From: Eledone cirrhosa
Taxonomy: Eukaryota
Direction: 5' to 3'
DNA: 64,000 nucleotides
Assembly: GCA_964016885.1 (NCBI GenBank)
Contig: OZ024743.1
Location: 213,094,001 to 213,158,000, forward strand
This document shows positions 1 to 13,074 of the stretch, piece by piece. Position numbers and translations under genes: made by a program. Position 1 is the stretch's first letter. The number at the start of each line of letters is the position of its first letter. The notes under the pieces are model-generated. The model did no database searches and had not been told where the DNA came from. It worked only from the letters and a program-made list of their open reading frames with translations.

Positions 1-769
1 AGGTCATATTACATTTACAGCTTTCAATAATTATAAAGTGGTTATAGCAAAATGACCTGTGAAATCTGCCTCTGAATACACATACTAGCAATTGGCAAAT
101 AGTGATATGTGCCGAAAAAGTTATGATATGACCAAAAAATTTACTATGAAGGTTAACATAATATATTATCAAATATCAACAAAGATATAAAATCAAATAT
201 CAACTTCAATATGCGATAAACATAACATGTACATAAATTATAGCGCATATATAAATAGATATGTGTTTTGGTAGATTGGGGAGAAAAATATAATTTTTGG
301 TAGATTCATGGCTCCCTTGGTCCCCACCAGTTCCACCGCTACTGAAAAACTATTAATTTATCAAAACAAAATTTCCGGCTTGTATGTTTGTTTATATGTC
401 CAGTAATCGTGGTATATATAAATAGCATAACCAATCCCCAACTTCAGACATTACTGGTATTATTAATGCATAGGTCCACTCTTGATATAGATAACAAACA
501 GATAATAAAAGCCTACGTTATTTGTATTTAGTATGCAGAACTCTCTCACCAGGTATTTTTTACTCGGTCACACTGTAGATCGTGTTTTGATAAAAACGTC
601 TTGAAACGTAAAGGATAAAATTTCTCCAATTACGCACTAAAGAAGGATAGTCCTCACCTCGCTAGCCTTTGACACGTTAGATATGGTAATACCCTGTGAC
701 TCACTGTCGTTAAGAATAAAGAGTACTCTCTTTTGAGACTTATGTTTTTGCATATACAAAGACATACAA

Positions 770-1126
<357 letters not shown>

Positions 1127-1210
1127 CACACATAGATACAAGGCGGAAATGTTACACATGTACACCTGTTTCTCGAGACGGATAGGTAATGTCACCTTCT
1201 TGTTATTATT

Positions 1211-1730
1211 ATTCAGTAACCCACTGGGATCGATTTAATCGACTTTTCCTTCCCCCGAAACTGTTGGCCTTGTGCCTAAACCAGAAACTATTATTATTAT
1301 TGGCAGAAATCGGTAGAGTGTCGGAGAAAATGCCTATTTCGACGTTTATATCCTGAGTTGAAATTCCGCCGAATTTAACTTTGACATTCATCCTTCCGGG
1401 GCTGATAAAACAAAATACCAGTTGTGTACTGTGGTCGATATAATCGACTTTTCCTCTTCCCCTAAATTTCTGGCTCTGTGTCAATGTTAGAAAAAGATAT
1501 AATCAATTATACAGTGGATGGACAGTATCGGTAGAGCGTCGGACAACATACTTTGGGGCATATAGTTACGGCCCTTTACGTTCTGAGTTCAAAATCCTGC
1601 CGAGGTTAGCTTTGCTTTTCATTCTTACGGGATTGATAGAATAAACTACCAGTAACGAACTGGGTCGATTTAGTCGACTTTACCTTCCCTTCAAATTGCT
1701 GGCCTTGTGCGAAATGTAGAAACAATTATT
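1211..1730 (+). mobile_element. Three tandem tRNA-derived SINE copies (one 3' fragment, two near full length)
   Basis: TGGCAG..TCGGTAGAG box-A-like head, GAGTTCAAAT box-B-like motif, core CTTT.CATCCTT.CGGGG.TGATAAAA, tail TGGCCTTGTGC..AAA.TAGAAAC. The same family recurs many times in the window. Confidence 0.85.
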
Positions 1731-2074
1731 ATGTACGAATTATGCTAATAACTCATTATAAAACAGCCATTAGTTTTCCTGGCATATATTTAAATTCTAG
1801 ACAACACGGAGGATCATAAGAAAAGCTTAGCTTACATCGGAAATCAAAATACTTCAGTAGTTATGCAATCGCGTTTTCTTTATTGATTTAGTGATTTTTA
1901 CACGGATGTTTTAATGTGTTTGTCTTTTCTTTTTGATAACAAATTTTATTGTACACGCACATGAATACATACACATACACATATTTACATGCAAGCACAC
2001 ACAATGTATGTATATATGTTCTTCTGGTAGATATATCAACTTAATTCCACAGACATATATGTATATATGTATGT

Positions 2075-2480
2075 CTGTTCTTCGGGTTTTATAATTTTAT
2101 AAATTTTTACCAATAGAGAGAGAGTCGGTTTCTAACATAGATACAAGAGTCTCTCATTGAAATTTAAACAATATCAACTAGGTAAATATGTATGCATGAC
2201 TGCATGCATGCATGCATGTGTGTGCAGGTATGGATGTTAATGTATGTGTGAATGTGTATGTTTTGAATTATATGTGTGCGTGTGCATATGCTTTGTATCT
2301 GTACATGTGTACATGTAATTATTAGATACAGAATTTTTGGAATGTTTTACATATTTTTACTGTTCCATTAATGGATTGTACTTGTAATTTCCTAACTAGT
2401 CGTGTTCTTTCTGTTTCTGTGAAGCCCAGCTTCTCAAGATTTGTACTGAGGCAGTTACTAACACATCCCAGTGCCCCAGT
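2075..2480 (-). mobile_element. R4/Dong-type (RLE) LINE 3' end, family A
   Basis: Minus strand translates TGALGCVSNCLSTNLEKLGFTETERTRLVRKLQVQSINGTVKICKTFQKF*, a typical RLE-LINE C-terminus, followed by a 3' UTR. Flanked by (TATG)n. Same family at 26760-27057, 29737-29785, 41262-41420 and 62468-62835. Confidence 0.75.
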
Positions 2481-2533
2481 TATGTATGTATGTATGTATG
2501 TATGTATGTATGTATGTATGTATGTATGTATGT

Positions 2534-3690
2534 TTCTCTTTCTCTTAATTTCTCGTACATTTTTGACCGGCCACCTGTAAGGTGTAAAAGAAAGAAATTG
2601 TCATTCCTTGAATCTCAAGAATGTTTTGTAAATTTTGAAGGTGCCAGATATCACGGCCATTTGTAGTCTATGAATTAGGGAGCTAATGTATGTATGTATG
2701 TATACTCTCTTTCTCTTAATTTGGTGGCAAGATTGTAAAGAAAAGGAAATTGTCATCGTCCCTTGTGTAAGCGTTCATCCTTTGAATCCTAAGAATGTTT
2801 TACAGATTTTAAAGGTTCCAGATATCGCGGCCATTTGTAACTTATGAGTTAAGCAGCTACATTCCTTCTCCACAAATCCATGTTTAGTTATACTGCAGTA
2901 CAGGCGGGCTGGTATATAACCTGTTCTAATAATAATGGGTATGAAGCTGAATGTGTATCTAGGATACTGGATCTGCAAAATACTCATTAATGGTCCGTAC
3001 ATATTCCCCTTCTCTTGCATTTTTCTTACCACATTGATATCAAGTGGGCAGCTGACTTCAACAACAGAATATGTTTCTAATGTGTTGTCCCAAACAACAA
3101 TATCAGGCCGGCTGTGTTTTAATTTGATGGCGGTTTATATTTTACGTTCCACCAATATTCCTTTCAGCAATTAGTCTGCATATTCCTCCCAATTTGTTTT
3201 TATTTTCGTCTTCCGTAATGCATTCTAGATTGATCTAGCTATCACATCATGCCCCATAGAAAGGTAGTAACGAGAACACATTCTTTCACAGTTGCCAACA
3301 ATGTAGTTAACATCTTCGATCTTTGTTTTGCACAGCCTACACTTATTGTCAACTGATAACTTTCCTCTTTTATACAGTAGGTACTTAGTAGGGATTTCTT
3401 GTTCCTGGATTGCACGGAAGTATCCTTCAAGGTGGTATGGTATGAACTTGTCGGAACTCCATGTCGGGCTCTTAGTATGGTTTACCCTCTCTATGGTCTG
3501 TGTTTCTCGTCTCAAGAACCCATTTTATTCAAGTATTAAGTAGAATCTTCCAATGTGGAAGAAATTTGTGTCAGCTTTTATTTCATGTCTCTCTTCTAGA
3601 TCAGTGGCTATCCTAACAATATTATTATTCTCATGGTCATAAACTGGCCGAGATGTTGGTAACTTGGGAATGATTAAAACACATGCAGAC
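2534..3690 (-). mobile_element. Two stacked R4/Dong-type LINE 3' fragments, family B (2534-2686 and 2705-3690)
   Basis: ORFs 3225-3515 (CRLC..EDVNYIVGNC, a decayed CCHC knuckle) and 2775-3032 (LQMAAISGTFKICKTF), with the RLE motif RPDIVVWD...VEVSCP near 3050-3115. The fragments are separated by (TATG)n. Confidence 0.85.
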
Positions 3691-3734
3691 AAATACATTA
3701 GCACGTTACAAATATGCATGTAAGTTCAGTATAT

Positions 3735-4460
3735 TGATTTCTAATTTAGACACAAAGCCAGCGAACTAGGAGGAAAGGCAGAGTTTATTAAATCAACTCA
3801 GTGCTAGTACTTTATTTTATCGATCCCGGAAGAATGAAAGGCAAAGTTGGCCTCAGCGTGACTTGAAATCAGAACGTAAAAACTCGTGATTATATACCGC
3901 AAAGCATTTTGTTCGACGCTTTAACAATTCTGATAATCCTCCGCCCTAATGTAATTCCAATATATTAGAAAATACAAAAATCGAACTAAATCAAGGGGTA
4001 CAAAGCTACACTCGGTAGTGCAGTAACATAATAAAAATAAGACGACCGAACAATACTAATTTCCAACACAGACACAAGGGAACAAATGTTTAGATTTATG
4101 CTTGACTGATATTCTATGATATCGTCTCCAGAAGAGCGAAACTTAACTTCAACCATGACAGGATTCGAAATTAGAAAGCAAAGATACGTGACTAAACAAA
4201 CATAGGTCTTTATTTTGTTCCATCCCCGACCAATTTTGCCATCGTTGCTTTTATATAACGATAGTTATAACAATGGTTTCTAATTTAGGCACAAAGCGAT
4301 TAGTTTTGAAGAAAGGGTAAGTCGGTTATATCAACCCCAGTGCATGACCGGTACTTTATTTATCAATCCCAAAAAGATAAAAGGTAGTGTCATCAGCGGT
4401 ATTTGAACACAGAACGTAAAGAAAAGGAAGAAATATTACAAGATATTTTGTCCAACACTT
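3735..4460 (-). mobile_element. Three diverged SINE copies
   Basis: Reverse-complement SINE core (TACTTTATTTTATCGA..GAAAGGCAAAGTT) at about 3810 and 4355, and a weaker copy near 4100-4200. Confidence 0.7.
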
Positions 4461-4749
4461 TGGAGATAATCCCGATCCAAATAATAATAATTTCTTTCTT
4501 TGTTACAGGGGTGATGAACTGAAATTGAGAAAATACATTAAAAAAAAAAAAAAAATCGGTGGAGCCTTAAATAAAGTCGAATACAAGAAAACAGACATGG
4601 AAAACATTATCAACAATTTTTGATAACTTAAAAAATATATTCGGATTGTGAAAACAAGATAGTTTAAAAGAAAATAACTTTGCCTGAACACACTCAGACT
4701 ATCGCACAAGTGTGTGTGTTAGAATGTGTGTACCTGTGCTTATGCGTGC

Positions 4750-4824
<75 letters not shown>

Positions 4825-4879
4825 TATATATATATATACAGTATATATATATATAATATATATATATATATACACACAG

Positions 4880-4910
<31 letters not shown>

Positions 4911-5024
4911 AATGTGTGTGTGTGTGTAGCAATAGCAACACATACACACATGCATAACAAACAGACTAACATTTGTATATAGCTCTAGATAAATATGTAA
5001 TTATCCATAAATACACATAAACAC

Positions 5025-5063
<39 letters not shown>

Positions 5064-5196
5064 GCGCACACAAATATATATATAAACACATGGAAATTAG
5101 AACTGAATGTAAGCTTACCGCTAGCAGCTGTAGAAAAAAAATGACGAAATGACTGCCAGCGTATGACTTTCGTTATTTACATATATGTATGTAAAT

Positions 5197-5578
5197 GGGT
5201 GGTGGATTGGCAGTATCGGTAGAGGGTTTGACGCCATGCTTTCCAGCATAGTTACGTCCCTTTACGATCTGAGTTCAAATCCCGCCGAGGTTGACTTTGC
5301 CTTTCATCCTTACGGGGTCGATAAAATAAAGTACCAGTAATGAACTGGGTAATTGCTGGCCTTGTGCCTAAAGTAGAAACAATTATAGAGGGCGGTGGAT
5401 TGGCAGTATTGGGAGAGGGTCCGAAGCCATGCTTTGACGTATAGAGTTGCGGCCCTTGCCATTCTGAGTTCGAGTGCCGCCGAGGTTGACTTTGCCTTTC
5501 ATCCTTGCGGGGTCGATAAAATAAAGAACCAGTAATGCACTGGGTAATTGCTGGCCTTGTGCCTAAAGTAGAAACAGT
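5197..5578 (+). mobile_element. Two tandem copies of the short (internally deleted) SINE subfamily
   Basis: Near-identical ~190 bp units ending CTGGGTAATTGCTGGCCTTGTGCCTAAAGTAGAAACA. Confidence 0.9.
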
Positions 5579-5599
5579 TATTTACATATATGTAAATGT

Positions 5600-6210
5600 T
5601 GATAATGATGACGACAACGACAACACAGACAATGGTTAGGATTATGATGGGACAACAATGATGGTGAAAATGGTGGTGTCGGTGATGGTGATGGTGATGC
5701 TGGTGGTGGTGATGGTGATGCTGGTGGTGGTGGTGATGGTGATGTGGTGGTGATGGTGATTGTGGTGATGGTGGTGCTGGTGATGGTGATTGTGGTGATG
5801 GTGATGATGGTGATGGTGATGGTGGGGATGGTGATGGTGATGCTGGTGGTGGTGGTGGTGGTGATGGTGATGATGCTGGTGGTGATGGTGATATGGTGGT
5901 GGTGATGCTGATGATGCTGATGGTGATGGTGATGATGCTGGTGGTGATGGTGGTGATGGTGGTGATGGTGACGATGGTGGTGGTGGTGGTGGTGGGGGGG
6001 GGGTGATGGTGATGGTGGTGATTGTGATGATGCTGGTGGTGATGGTGATGATGCTGGTGGTGATGGTGATGTTGGGGGTGGCGATGGCGATGATGCTGGT
6101 GGTGCTGGTGATGCTAGTGGTGATGGTGTTGGCGATGATGTTGATGGTGATATGGTGATGGTGATGATGCTGGTGGTGATGGTGATGCTGGTGGTGGCGA
6201 TGGTGACCAT
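5600..6210. repeat. Compound (GGT/GAT/GCT)n trinucleotide low-complexity tract
   Basis: Directly visible; it produces the His/Pro/Thr-run ORFs. Confidence 0.95.
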
Positions 6211-6253
6211 GAAGCGAACAATTCAAAGTCTGTTAACCAGACCGGAAGAATCT

Positions 6254-6524
6254 AGGTGGGTGAAAGTGGCGAGAATGGCCCGAGTGAATGGGCCTTCTCT
6301 CTATATCAGCCTGTAGGTTACTCCTGGAGATGAGGGTTGCACATTTTTTCGGGGGTATGTGTTACCCATATGAACTGTCTCCCCCTATTGGGGAAAATCG
6401 ACTAATTTTTTAAATTGCATTTGTGATAATATTTTACACGTTTTTATTGTAAGTAAACTTCCCCCTTTGTATTTGTCCCCTTCTTTTGTACCCCTGTGGC
6501 TAATAAAGAAACATATCTATATAT
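6254..6524 (+). mobile_element. 5'-truncated Tx1-clade LINE 3' end
   Basis: Nearly identical to 11812-12120 (RWVKVARMARVNGPS..ISL* plus 3' UTR ending CCCCTGTGGCTAATAAAGAAAC), with a ~40 bp deletion. Confidence 0.9.
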
Positions 6525-6919
6525 CTGTTTTACTTGAGACGTGTGCCAGTTCGCTGGTAAGTTTTTGTTGATTTTCTAAGTAAGAAATCAAAAATTTATT
6601 GTTAAATTTATTACTATTTTATAGCTTGACCCCACGTCTGGACTTTCAGACGGTGGGTCAAGTCATCTTCACCCCTCCCTGGGGTGAAATTTTCGTTTTG
6701 AAAAAAATTTCGCCGGTGAAAAAAAAGTGTAAACAAACCTTGCATTCAGTCATGAACGCTGCGTTCATAACTAGAAGTGGTGGAGAGGCGGTAAGAGTGT
6801 TAAGCTCGCAGTCACCTCCTCTCACCACCTCATTGAAAGACATCGAAAATGTCGTCAGTTTTGAAAACATGATGTCGGACGTTGATTGAAACATCAACAC
6901 TAACACAAACGCCAATAAC

Positions 6920-8650
6920 ATGCAAACTATAAACAACACCAACCAGAACAACAACAACAACAACAACAAGAACAACAAGAACAACAACAGCAACACTGAT
7001 AACAACAACACCACCACCAACAACAACAATGATAACAACAACACCAACAACAACAACAGCAACACGAACAACTCCACGAACAAGGAAAAGATTTCTTTTG
7101 CTCAAACCGTCCAAAAGACGGAACTGTTCACATACCTTGACATTTCCAATGCTAGGGAAATGTTAAGCGATGCAAAACAGTACGTAACTTTTGGTGAGAG
7201 TGGTGCTTTCAGCATCACTTCTCCTCAACAGTTACGCAGAGAAACTGTTCTAAAAACAGTAATTTTTAGGACGGTTTCAAATGTGTCGAAAAAACCAGTT
7301 CAGTTATCCCAAAACGATATTGAACTGGTTCTGAAGAATTCCATGAAGGATATTGCCTTCATCCAAAAAGGGAAACTTTTTGGAAGCATTTCGGTGTTGT
7401 TGAAAGACCAATTGACAGCACAAAAATATTCTGTATCGCCGATTGTGTCCCCCCCATTACACCCTTTTCCCCATATATATGGGAAAAAGAACTCAAAAAA
7501 TAAAAATTTTGAACATTGCACCAAATGTAAACGTCTGGTGGATTCTAACTGGCTTCATCGATTTCGACGAAGACACCATCATTTCGGTGGGAAAGTCCTC
7601 CAGAGGCACATTCAATGGTACAAGCAAGGAAGTTCTGGTCCAAATGAGGCCAGAACGGATAGCTAAAATACCCCAACGTGTGCTTCTGGATGGAATTTCA
7701 CACATAAACATTTCTGTTGAGAGTAGGCGGCCTTCATGTTACCACTGTTTAAGCAGTGGTCATCTGGAGGCTTACTGTCCTCAGTTAACTAAAAAAAAAA
7801 AAAAAAGAGGCACTACTGCCAACACCCAAAACAACAACACAACCACCACCACCACCACCACCACAACAACAACAACACGCAAACACAACCAAAACAAGAA
7901 CAACAAACCAACCTGCAAGCACAGTCTCACCCAACCCCACTCCGCCTAAAACCACTGCAAAAACACCCACAAACACAACAGCTCTCCAAAACATACCCCT
8001 TCCAAACAACACAGACATCACAACGGACGAGGCCCCCACATCATCACCAAGTGATGATAAGGGAGAGCCTCTCCGTTCGAAAAGAAAGAAGAAAAGACAC
8101 CACAAGAACAAAAAAACAACAAACATCACTACAAGCATACAACCACCAACACAAACAACACAAACATTACAAACAAAAACAAAACCGCGACAACAAAACC
8201 ACGACACCACTCCAAACACAAACACCTACAACAAAACGAAAGCTCCCACAAGAACAACAGACAAAAACCACCGCAACACAACAAGAACATTACACATACA
8301 TAAACAGTAAAAACAAAACTTTAATGGAGGTCATCTCCAACGACCCTTCGGTGAAAACCGAAGGGAAAACTTTTTCGAACTGTGTAGACAAACCTAATTT
8401 AAAGATGATTAGGGTTCCTACGGACACCTATAAGTCTTTAAAGGAAAACTTTCCTAAGGACGTGGGTAATCCTTGTGTTAAACCCATTAACCGCGTCCTT
8501 TTAAAAAGTTTCCCCACCCTCACCCCAGACACCCCCACCCCACCAAACATCTCCGTCCCCACCCCGCCGGAAACCACCACCCACCCAGACAACTCCTCTA
8601 ACACCCCCATGGAAACCGTGCGGCCTGATCCCCGGGAGACGAAGAGGTGA
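6920..8650 (+). pseudogene. Tx1 ORF1 (gag-like, frameshifted)
   Basis: CYHCLSSGHLEAYC zinc knuckle in ORF 7443-7949; split over three ORFs; homologous to 54513-56256. Confidence 0.8.
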
Positions 8651-8687
8651 GTGTTTTCTTCTCTTCTTTTAACTTTTCAGAACCAAC

Positions 8688-11600
8688 ATGGCCAATATAA
8701 GAGTTGGGTGTGTGAATGTACGCGGCCTGGGGATGCCCTGGAAACAGGGCAAACTCTTAAACGACCTCAGGTCGCACAGTATGGATGTAGTAGCCATTTG
8801 CGAGTCCAGGATCCACAGCGAGCGACAGCTGGCCCCCATCTTCGATGACTTTGAGATCTACGCATCTCTCTGTCAGCCGGGGGGAGGGGGGCGGGGTTGC
8901 CGTGTTTTGCTGCGGAAACACCTGGGCCTCGTAACACAGACGGTACACCGCGGCCAGACTTCTTCAAACGTCTAGAGAATTTTCTGGGAACGTCCCTCTC
9001 CTTGCTTTTAGTGGGGGACTGGAATGGAATCCTAGATGCACGTTGGGACTATGTGGGAGCATGTCCCTATAAAGGGGGGGGGGGGGGGTGTAACATCCTC
9101 AAACAGTTAATCGGCCGATTTGACCTAGCCGATAGATATCGACTAGATTTTCCGACTGTGCCACTGTGGACGTGGACTAATCGCAGCGGAACATCTAGAT
9201 CGTACCTAGATAGGGTTCTAGTTAGAAATAAAGATAGGGACATATTAAGCTGTCCACAAATGTTCATGGTTGCCTATGCAGATCACAAACTAGTGACCTG
9301 CATGGTCAACCTTGATAGAACCCATAGACAAGGATCCGGCTACTGGAAGCTGAACTTGTTACCGACATGCAAAGCCTACAGTAGACGGATTAGCACTTTA
9401 GTTAAACAGCACTTGACAGGGGCCATTGTCAACAACAGATGGTGGTACTCTCTCAAGAGGGCAGTTAGATTAGACTCGTTAGTTTTTAGTAAAGAATTAG
9501 CGTTAGATAGAAATAGAACCGAGAAAGAACTGGTAGATAAAGTAGAAGAGGCAATTAGAAGTGGCAACGTAGCCAGCGTGCTAGCAACGAGAAGGGCCTT
9601 GGACCAGTTCTTCGACGCAAAGCATGAGGGCTGCGTTGTCAGAAGCAAAATACGTGCTCTGGGAAACGAGGGAGCCAAAGCTGTTAGCTGGGCCCGAGTT
9701 ACGGAGGCAAAAAGTGGCAATAAGTTCACGATTCGGTCTTTGAAGGACCAAAACGGACGCGTGATACGTGAGCCGAAGCAGATGTGTGCGGCCTTTCAGC
9801 GGCACTTTGCTCAGCTGTTCAGGCAGGGCGGCGCGTCGGGAGGGGCTATGGATTTTGGTCCATACCTCGACGGCCTACCGCGACTCTCGGACAGCGAGGT
9901 AAAGTTCTGCAAAAAGCCGATTTCAGCCGCTGAGATAGGGGACGCGTTGAGCCAATGCGGCAAACGCAAATCTCCAGTCTCGACGGTCTACCCTACGAAT
10001 TTTACGTAGCAATGCCAGACTTATTCTCCGGTCTCCTGGAAGCGGTCTACTGCAACTGGCAACAGAACGGGAGAATTCTCAGTTCTGTGACCGGGGACGT
10101 AGTCACACTAGTCAGGAAGGACGAGAATAAGGGGGATGACATAGGCAACTTCCGGCCCATAACTCTGCTAAACACAGAGTTACAGATTTTGGCCAAGGTG
10201 TTGACAAAGAGGCTGGCGCTTGTCGTCGAGAACCTGGTGGGAGAAGCGCAGACAATCCCGACCAGGTCCATACACGACAATTCCACCTTATGCGATACAC
10301 CATAGAGAGGGTAGGGTGTAAATCCGGCTTCTGTAGTGCCCCGATCAACTTGGATCAGTCTAAGGCTTTCGATAGGGTTGACCATCGTTACCTGGATGCA
10401 GTGCTCGATGCGGCAGACTTCGGACTCGTGTTCAGGGGCTGGATTGCTGCAATGCATAACAGCAACATCTGCTCAAGGGTTAAGGTGAACGGCTACCTCT
10501 CGGAGCCGTTCCATATCACGCGATCCATTCGACAGAGATGCCCTCTCTCCTCCCTTCTGTATGTATTGACTCTCGAGCCACTACTGCGGAAGTTGGAGCT
10601 ATTGCAGGGCATCCCTCTGGAACCGGGACTGCGGAAAGCGGCGTCGGCCTACGCCGACGACGTGACAGTAATGGTGTCGAGCGCCTCGCAAATAGAGGGA
10701 GTCGGAACCTTACTGAAGGAATACGAAAGGTTCACAGGAGCGAAGCTGAACCGGGACAAGTCCATCGGTTTGCAACTCGGATCGTGAAGAGGCAAACCGA
10801 TGCCTTCCGATGGCGTCGTCGGAGGCTGGACGGAAGGACCAGTAAAGCTGCTCGGGGTCTGGTTTGGTCCGGAACTCCAGGTGGAGAAGAACTGGAACGA
10901 GGTGTCGGCCAAGGTGTTTGTACTCACCCAGAAGTGGGCCGAGTGGAAACTATCCTTGAAAGGTCGAGTGGAGGTGGCGAACACTTTTATAGCGTCCGCC
11001 ATCTACTACCGCTTGACCGTCGTGCCTTGTCCAGCCAAAACGCTCGCCAAAATGGAGCGTGCGCTGTGGCCCCGTTCGCGAGGCGAGCCTTCCCACGACT
11101 CGTCTCGCTGACCGAGCTGCAGTCCTGGGTCAAGCAAAGACCGTGGAAAATGGGCGACTGGCACATCGAATGAGCTCAGGCGCTCACAGCCCTCTGGCAG
11201 GCGGACCCGGCGATCAGTGGAGATTCCACTTCGTCATTCTATAGAGGGTTGATCCGGAGCAAGTGTGACGACGTGCTCGGTGAAACTCTGGGCGTAGAGG
11301 AAGACGAACTGGTCAGTCTGTTCGGTAGGACCTTCCGCTCGGGACCGATGGACAACTTCCAAAGTCCCTGGCCTGGCAGTGCTACCGAGGAGCTCTACCA
11401 GTTCGAGACAAGCTCTACAGACATGGGCGCCCGGGAAGGGAGCCTGCAAAAAAGATCTGTCCGAGGTGCGTGCGAGACGAAGAAACCGTCGCGCATGCAT
11501 TCATACACTGCCCGGGCGTCACTGACCTGTGGGGCTATGTAGAACGACTATTGTCGCGGGTGGGACCAATCCGGTTGACCACCGAGTCCATTGTCATGAT

Positions 11601-11874
11601 CAAACCGCCACCCTCCTTCAAAAACGAAGGAGAGGCGGTTTTCCTTTGTGTGATAGCTATGGCGAAAGAGGTTGTATGGTTGACAAGGTTGAAAGGGCTG
11701 AGGTCAGACACCTTTCTCTCCGGCCAACAACTGATTCTTTTTTTCAAATACCACTTTGGAAGAAGAATCAGGATGGAGAGAGAGGTGCTGTACCCCAGCA
11801 AGTTTTATGAAAGGTGGGTGAAAGTGGCGAGAATGGCCCGAGTGAATGGGCCTTCTCACTATATCAGCCTGTAG
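8688..11874 (+). pseudogene. Tx1 ORF2 (APE endonuclease + reverse transcriptase), disrupted
   Basis: MANIRVGCVNVRGL, VGDWN, SYLDR, ADH (APE); FRPITLLN, DQSKAFDRV, RQRCPLS, AYADDV (RT); ETVAHAFIHC at the C-terminus; many frameshifts and stops. Confidence 0.95.
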
Positions 11875-12120
11875 GATGAGGAAAAGGAGGAGGAGAGGAA
11901 AGGAGTACAAACTCTTCGTACTCCTGGAGATGAGGGCTGCACATTTTTTCGGGGGTATGTGTTACCCATATGAACTGTCTCCCCCTATTGGGGAAAATCG
12001 ACTAATTTTTTAAATTGCATTTGTGATAACATTTTACACGTTTTTATTGTATGTAAACTTCCCCCTTTGTATTTGTCCCCTTCTTTTGTGCCCCTGTGGC
12101 TAATAAGGAAACATATCTAT

Positions 12121-12372
12121 CTTTGAGGAAAATAAACAGAGGGAAGACAGGAACACCTACAAAACGAGTTCCTGGTGTTGAGAGTTGTTCTATCCACGGG
12201 GTGTAAAACAACCCTGCAGTAACGTTCCCCCCTACTGGGGATTTCAATTGTTATTTTATTATATATAGTTTGTTATTTATTAATGTTAAAGTTATTTTTA
12301 TGTAAAACCCCCCGCCGTCACGTCTTGTAATGTCCATTTTTGTACGCCCCTGTGGCAAATAAAGAAAGATAT
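12121..12372 (+). mobile_element. 3' UTR of a second, diverged Tx1 subfamily
   Basis: Ends ATGTAAAACCCCC...GCCCCTGTGGCAAATAAAGAAAG like the other Tx1 3' ends, then (TCTG)n. Confidence 0.65.
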
Positions 12373-12395
12373 CTGTCTGTCTGTCTGTCTGTCTG

Positions 12396-12437
<42 letters not shown>

Positions 12438-12499
12438 TCGCTCTCTGTATACCTATCTCTCTATTATCTATCTATCGCTTTCTGAATCACATAACATTA

Positions 12500-12500
12500 A

Positions 12501-12565
<65 letters not shown>

Positions 12566-12769
12566 ATGGTGGTGGTGGGGCAGGCAGGCAGACAAACATA
12601 GATAGTAGTGGTAGTAGTGGTGACAGTAGCAGTAGTAGCGGGAGCAGTAGTAATAGCAAAAGCAGCATCAAAATTAGTAGTAGTAATGGTAGTAATAGTA
12701 GCAGTGATAGTAACGGTAGCAGTAGTAGTAGTAAGAGCAGTAGCAATAGTAATAGTAGAAGTAGTAGTA

Positions 12770-12806
<37 letters not shown>

Positions 12807-12910
12807 CAGCACGTTTGGTGGTGATAATAGTAATTGGAGGGTTAGGAGTAGTGACAGTGGAAGTAATAGTTGTAGTGGCTGTCATCGTTGCCGTAGTAGT
12901 ACTACTAATA
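12500..12910. repeat. (AGT)n-based compound microsatellite
   Basis: Directly visible. Confidence 0.95.
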
Positions 12911-13074
12911 GTTTATTGTTCAACCCATTTGTTTGGTATAACAGTAATAAACAGTTAACTCTAGGAACTTGATTCAGTGGAATGATACGTGATGCCCCCC
13001 CCCTCCCCCCCACACACAGCCCCGGCGGACAGAATGGAGAAGGCGTTTGTTAGTAGTAGTACTAGTTGTAAAAA

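Larger units (their letters stand above)
6525..12120 (+). mobile_element. Near-full-length decayed L1/Tx1-clade LINE
   Basis: ORF1 with a CCHC knuckle; ORF2 with APE, RT and C-terminal zinc-binding regions; AATAA-terminated 3' UTR. Confidence 0.95.

Noticed and set aside
300-580. Possible hAT terminus (..CCACCGCTACTG near 345) followed by a Helitron-like short element
   Set aside because: The partner TIR is outside the window and the Helitron hallmarks are too decayed to support.
583-615. TTTGATAA..GAAACGTA as a minimal hammerhead
   Set aside because: Two core mismatches and no convincing stem I.
6254-12120. Direct repeats 6254-6524 and 11812-12120 read as LTRs
   Set aside because: The repeat is the ORF2 end plus 3' UTR of a LINE, lacks TG..CA ends, PBS and PPT, and the interior is APE-RT. 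Tandem insertion explains it better.
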